Of a DNA stretch of 64,000 bases, positions 60,451-64,000 are shown piece after piece. A program made the translations under genes and the position numbers. Every line of letters starts with the position of its first letter. Positions within the stretch are counted from its first letter, which is position 1. Source of the DNA: Somniosus microcephalus. Lineage: Eukaryota. The notes under the pieces are model-generated. The model was given only the letters and a program-made list of their open reading frames with translations, was not told the origin of the DNA and did not search any database. Location of the stretch: contig CM126213.1 of assembly GCA_052327205.1 (NCBI GenBank), positions 33,790,001 through 33,854,000 of the forward strand, given 5' to 3'.

Positions 60451-60794
60451 TTTGCGTTCGAAGATTTGCTTTACCAATACGAAAATTCATCAAAAACGTC
60501 AAGCACTGTACCTCAGTAGGTAGTGTGTCCACAGTGAACGATACAATGGGTGTTTACCCATTTAGAAAAACATTAAACTGGACTTGTGTTAGAATTGTCC
60601 AGAGAGCTTGATCGAAAATCGTGCAGTTGCGCCCCAGAACCAAACGGATAGGAATTCTAGGGACACGCGATGACCAGTTATTCAAACAAAACAGGTCACC
60701 AAGTAGCCCAGTAGACTGAGCCACATCTAATTGGTGCTATAAAACTACAAGCTGTGCAGCGCTTACAGCCAGAGCTGTAGCTAAGATCACAAAG

Positions 60795-62000
60795 ATAAGC
60801 ACAGATGAGGGTGATCACTCAGCCACCTAGCTCACCCACCCATCCACAGAAACCTACAATCTCACCAGCACCGCATCCACCTTCCCCTTGAAGGATTCTT
60901 GGGAGTTTTTTTCCCTTTGCTGCCCTACCCAGAAGAACATTCCAGATACTAATCACTCTGTGAAGAAGTGCTCCTGAACTTGCCTTTTATTCGTTTATTT
61001 CTGTGCCCCTCGTCCTACAGCCAAGGTTTGAACAGATTTAGTGCTGCTTTACGTCTTGCCTTGTCTATATCTCGATAAGGTCCCCCTTTCAAGTCGAAAG
61101 AGCCCAAGTTGCACTAGCGTTTTCTCATCGCTCATTCCTCTGACGCGAGGGAACGCATTACCGGCACCCGGCTACCGACCATAGAGCACATATACCAGAA
61201 ACGCTGTTTACGGAGGTCACGGTCCATCATCAAAGACCCTACCCACCCCAGCCACAGTCTGTTCGCCCTCCTGCCATCTGGGAGACGCTACAGATGCATT
61301 CGCACCCGTACGACCAGATTTAGGAACAGCTTCTTTCCCAGGGCTGTCATCCTACTGAACTCCACAAATAAACTCTAAAGCCTGCACATCTGCCAATGCA
61401 CTTTATCATGGTTATGTTTATGTTAATGTATTATAAGCCAAATGTATGTTGAATGTTTAAATGTCTTAATCTAAATGTACACTCTCGGGAGCCGCAAGCC
61501 CACATTTCGTTGTACTGCACTTGTGCACTAACAATGACAATAAAAGTTGATTTGATTTGATTTGATTTGATGTGGCCCTCCCCCTGCACCACTTCCAGAC
61601 CTTTTGTGCTTTGAGGATAAGAACTGAAAGCAGCGATCAAGGTGCAGCCTGACCAGAGCAATACACAGCTCCTGCATAACGACCTTCGACTTGTACTCTC
61701 CTGATTGGTAGCACGGCTCAGCATCCTGTTTGCTTTCATTGCTGCTTTGCAGTGACTGGGCATGGTCATAATTGAGTCTACTGTCACTCCCAGGTCTCTT
61801 TCGGTCTCTTCCCCGAGATAGCTCACACCGTTCATTAAGTAAGCACGTTGGGCACTTTTTTTCCTCTTTTAATCTGTATCACCTCGTACTTAATCTGTCT
61901 TGAATTTTATCTGCCAAAATGTCATCTCCTTGCAACTTTATTGCTAGTTTGTGTAGTTCTTCCGATGCGCCTCCCCCCCTCCAATTTAGTGTCTGTGATA
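60795..62000 (-). mobile_element. Old CR1 fragment interrupted by Rex1/Babar
   Basis: Minus-strand translation ETERDLGVTVD…CKAAMKANRML; degenerate DTKLGG-like sequence near 61975-62000. Confidence 0.75.
61151..61570 (+). mobile_element. Rex1/Babar-type LINE 3' fragment
   Basis: Open frame 61151-61378 (no ATG, so absent from the ORF track): ERITGTRLPTIEHIYQKRCLRRSRSIIKDPTHPSHSLFALLPSGRRYRCIRTRTTRFRNSFFPRAVILLN; 3' end caatgacaataaa plus a (GATTT)n tail. Confidence 0.85.
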
Positions 62001-62029
62001 CTGACCATCGTACATTGTGTTTCATTTAT

Positions 62030-62335
62030 GTAGATCAGAAACAGGGGGCATCACCTTTAAAATTAGAGCTAGGCTGTTCAGGGGTGTTGCCAAAAAGCAC
62101 TTCTTCACACAGGGGTGAGTGGCAACCTGGCGCTCTTTCCCCCCAAAGAGCTATTGAGGCTGGGGGTCAATTGAAAATTTCAAAACTGAAATTGATAGGT
62201 TTTTGCTAGGTAAGGGTTATGGGTTATGGAACCAAGGCGGGTAGATGGAGTTGAGATACCGATCAGCCATGATCTGATTGAATGGTGGAACAGGCTCGAA
62301 GGGCTGAATGGCCTACTCCTGGTTCCTATGTTCCT
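62030..62335 (+). mobile_element. CR1 3' fragment
   Basis: aaagcacttcttcacacaggg…gaatggcctactcctggttcctatg. Confidence 0.85.
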
Positions 62336-62399
62336 AGTAAGAGCCCTTGCTCCGATCCCTGGGACACGGCACTCAGTACATCTCCCCAGAGTGACTCGT

Positions 62400-62548
62400 A
62401 TTTCTTAAGGCTAAAGGGATCAAAGGATATGGGGAGAAAGCAGGGACAGGGTACTGAGTTTGGATGATCAGCCATGATCTCATTGAATGGCGGGGCAGGC
62501 TCGAGGGGCCGAATGGCCTGCTCCTGTCCTATCTTCTATGTTTCTATG
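62400..62548 (+). mobile_element. CR1 3' tail (young subfamily)
   Basis: Nearly identical to 32115-32265. Confidence 0.92.
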
Positions 62549-63019
62549 TGTCACTCCCTTAACTAATACCTGCTGCCTCCTCTCGCTCTTTCGGCCAATT
62601 CATTGTCAACCCCCCGCCCCCAAGTTTTACTTAGGATGCTCACTACCTTAAAACTGCCTTAAGCTGGTGTAAGAGGTTTCCTGTCAGTCCAGGTACAATG
62701 TATAATAGAGCTTTACAACGTCTGCTTTAGAAAAGTTGTGCTCAGGCAGGATCCCCCCCTTCTGAACCGTGTTGGCTGCTGTGCACTGGGTTATTTTCGT
62801 ACTGTTTGTTCCTAATTGATTCCATTAGCTTGCCAGTTAACAAAGTAAAGTGAACGGGTCTGTCGCTGCCCAGGTTTGTTTGGTCACTTCTATTTTAAAA
62901 ATAGGTATTACCGCGGTGCTTGATCGCAATCCAGTGGGACCCGCTCCGTATTCTCTGAGTCCCTCTGGAGATTTCCACATTGAGCTATTGGGAGCGCATG
63001 GCGTTCGTTTGAAAAACAC

Positions 63020-63252
63020 TTGGCCCATGTGATGTCCTGGACTGGTTTCACGCGCCTGAGGGAGTCGGAGAGGAATTTTCAGAATATTTTTTCCCCTTAC
63101 TGGTCCTGGGGTGTTTTTTTTTGGCCTCTCCCAGGAGATTACATGGTTGAGCGGGAGGCGGTGGGGAGGGGGAGGAAGGAAGTGTTTAGTCATGGTGTGG
63201 GGCGGGCTTGATGGACCAGCTGGTCTTTTTCTGCCCGTCAGTTTTGTATGTT
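63020..63252 (+). mobile_element. Probable CR1-type 3' UTR of another family
   Basis: Ends gggcttgatggaccagctggtctttttctgcccgtcagttttgtatgttc, a CR1-like terminal arrangement. Confidence 0.45.
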
Positions 63253-63477
63253 CCACGTTTCATACCATTGCACTTATGGTTCTCCAAAGTAGCCTCATGG
63301 CACCAAGTACTGTCTGTCCGTGAGACTGCACAGGCATTTAGATACTAAATTTAAAAAGCTCAAGCTGTCCACTGGAATCAAGCAGTCTTGTTTGCTTCTG
63401 GACAAGGATTTATTTTTAGGTCAAGCTCACATCTGTGAACTGGGGATGACCGGCTGAAGCCTTCAGGTCAAACCTTT

Positions 63478-63884
63478 ACAACAACAACAACTTGCATTTA
63501 TATAGCACCTTTAATGTAGTAAAACTTCCCAAGGCATTTCACAGGAGCGTTATCAAAACAAAATTTGACATCAAGCCTTATAAGGAGATATTAGGGCGGA
63601 CGTCCAAAAGCTTGGTCAAACAGGTAGGTTTTAAGGAGCGTCTTAAAGGAGAGGAGAGTGGTAGAGAGGCTTAGTGAGGGAATTCCGCAGCTTGGGGCCT
63701 AGCCAGCGGAAGGCACGGCCGCCAATGGTGGAACGGTTAAAGTCGGGGTTGTGCAACAGGCCAGAATTGGAGGAGCGCAGCGATCTCAGAGGGTTGTAGG
63801 ACTGGAGGAGGTTACAGAGCTAGGGAGGGGCGAGGCCATGGAGGGATTTGAAAACAAGGATGAGAATTTTAAAATCGAGGCGCT
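63478..63884 (-). mobile_element. L2 LINE 3' fragment
   Basis: acaacaacaacttgcatttatatagcacctttaa…gagaattttaaaatcgaggcgctg. Confidence 0.93.
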
Positions 63885-64000
63885 GACAGCCATATCGGAA
63901 ACCGGAAAGAATCGAAGCACTGAGATAATGTTGAAATTTCCCTGGTGGTAAACCCGGAGAATGTTTTTGGTATAAGCATGCAGCGAAAGGTTAGGATGGT

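Noticed and set aside
1-64000. Assigning a host gene or species name
   Set aside because: No coding exon was recognised. The shark/chondrichthyan origin is inferred only from repeat families.

Overview
Eukaryotic, repeat-rich non-coding DNA. The repeat families present (HE1-type V-SINEs, SacSINE1-type Deu-SINEs, shark-type CR1/L2 3' ends, Penelope-type hairpin fragments) point to a cartilaginous fish, probably a shark; this is an inference from recognised motifs, not a database result. I found no recognisable host protein-coding exon, tRNA or rRNA gene, or CRISPR array. Every ORF with a recognisable product is a retrotransposon ORF2 fragment (CR1, L2, RTE, Rex1/Babar), so the window is most likely a long intron or gene desert. 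Highlights: (1) short TSD-flanked fold-back Penelope-derived insertions, one keeping an intact minimal hammerhead ribozyme core (22571-22610, minus strand); (2) a ~46-unit G-rich minisatellite in which nearly every unit reads as a 5' splice site followed by a G-run; (3) three L2 fragments sharing one 5' breakpoint; (4) a three-level SINE/MITE/SINE nest; (5) a Tigger-like MITE carrying paired RFX X-box-like palindromes; (6) several candidate enhancer or promoter blocks. Repeat boundaries were read by eye and are approximate.
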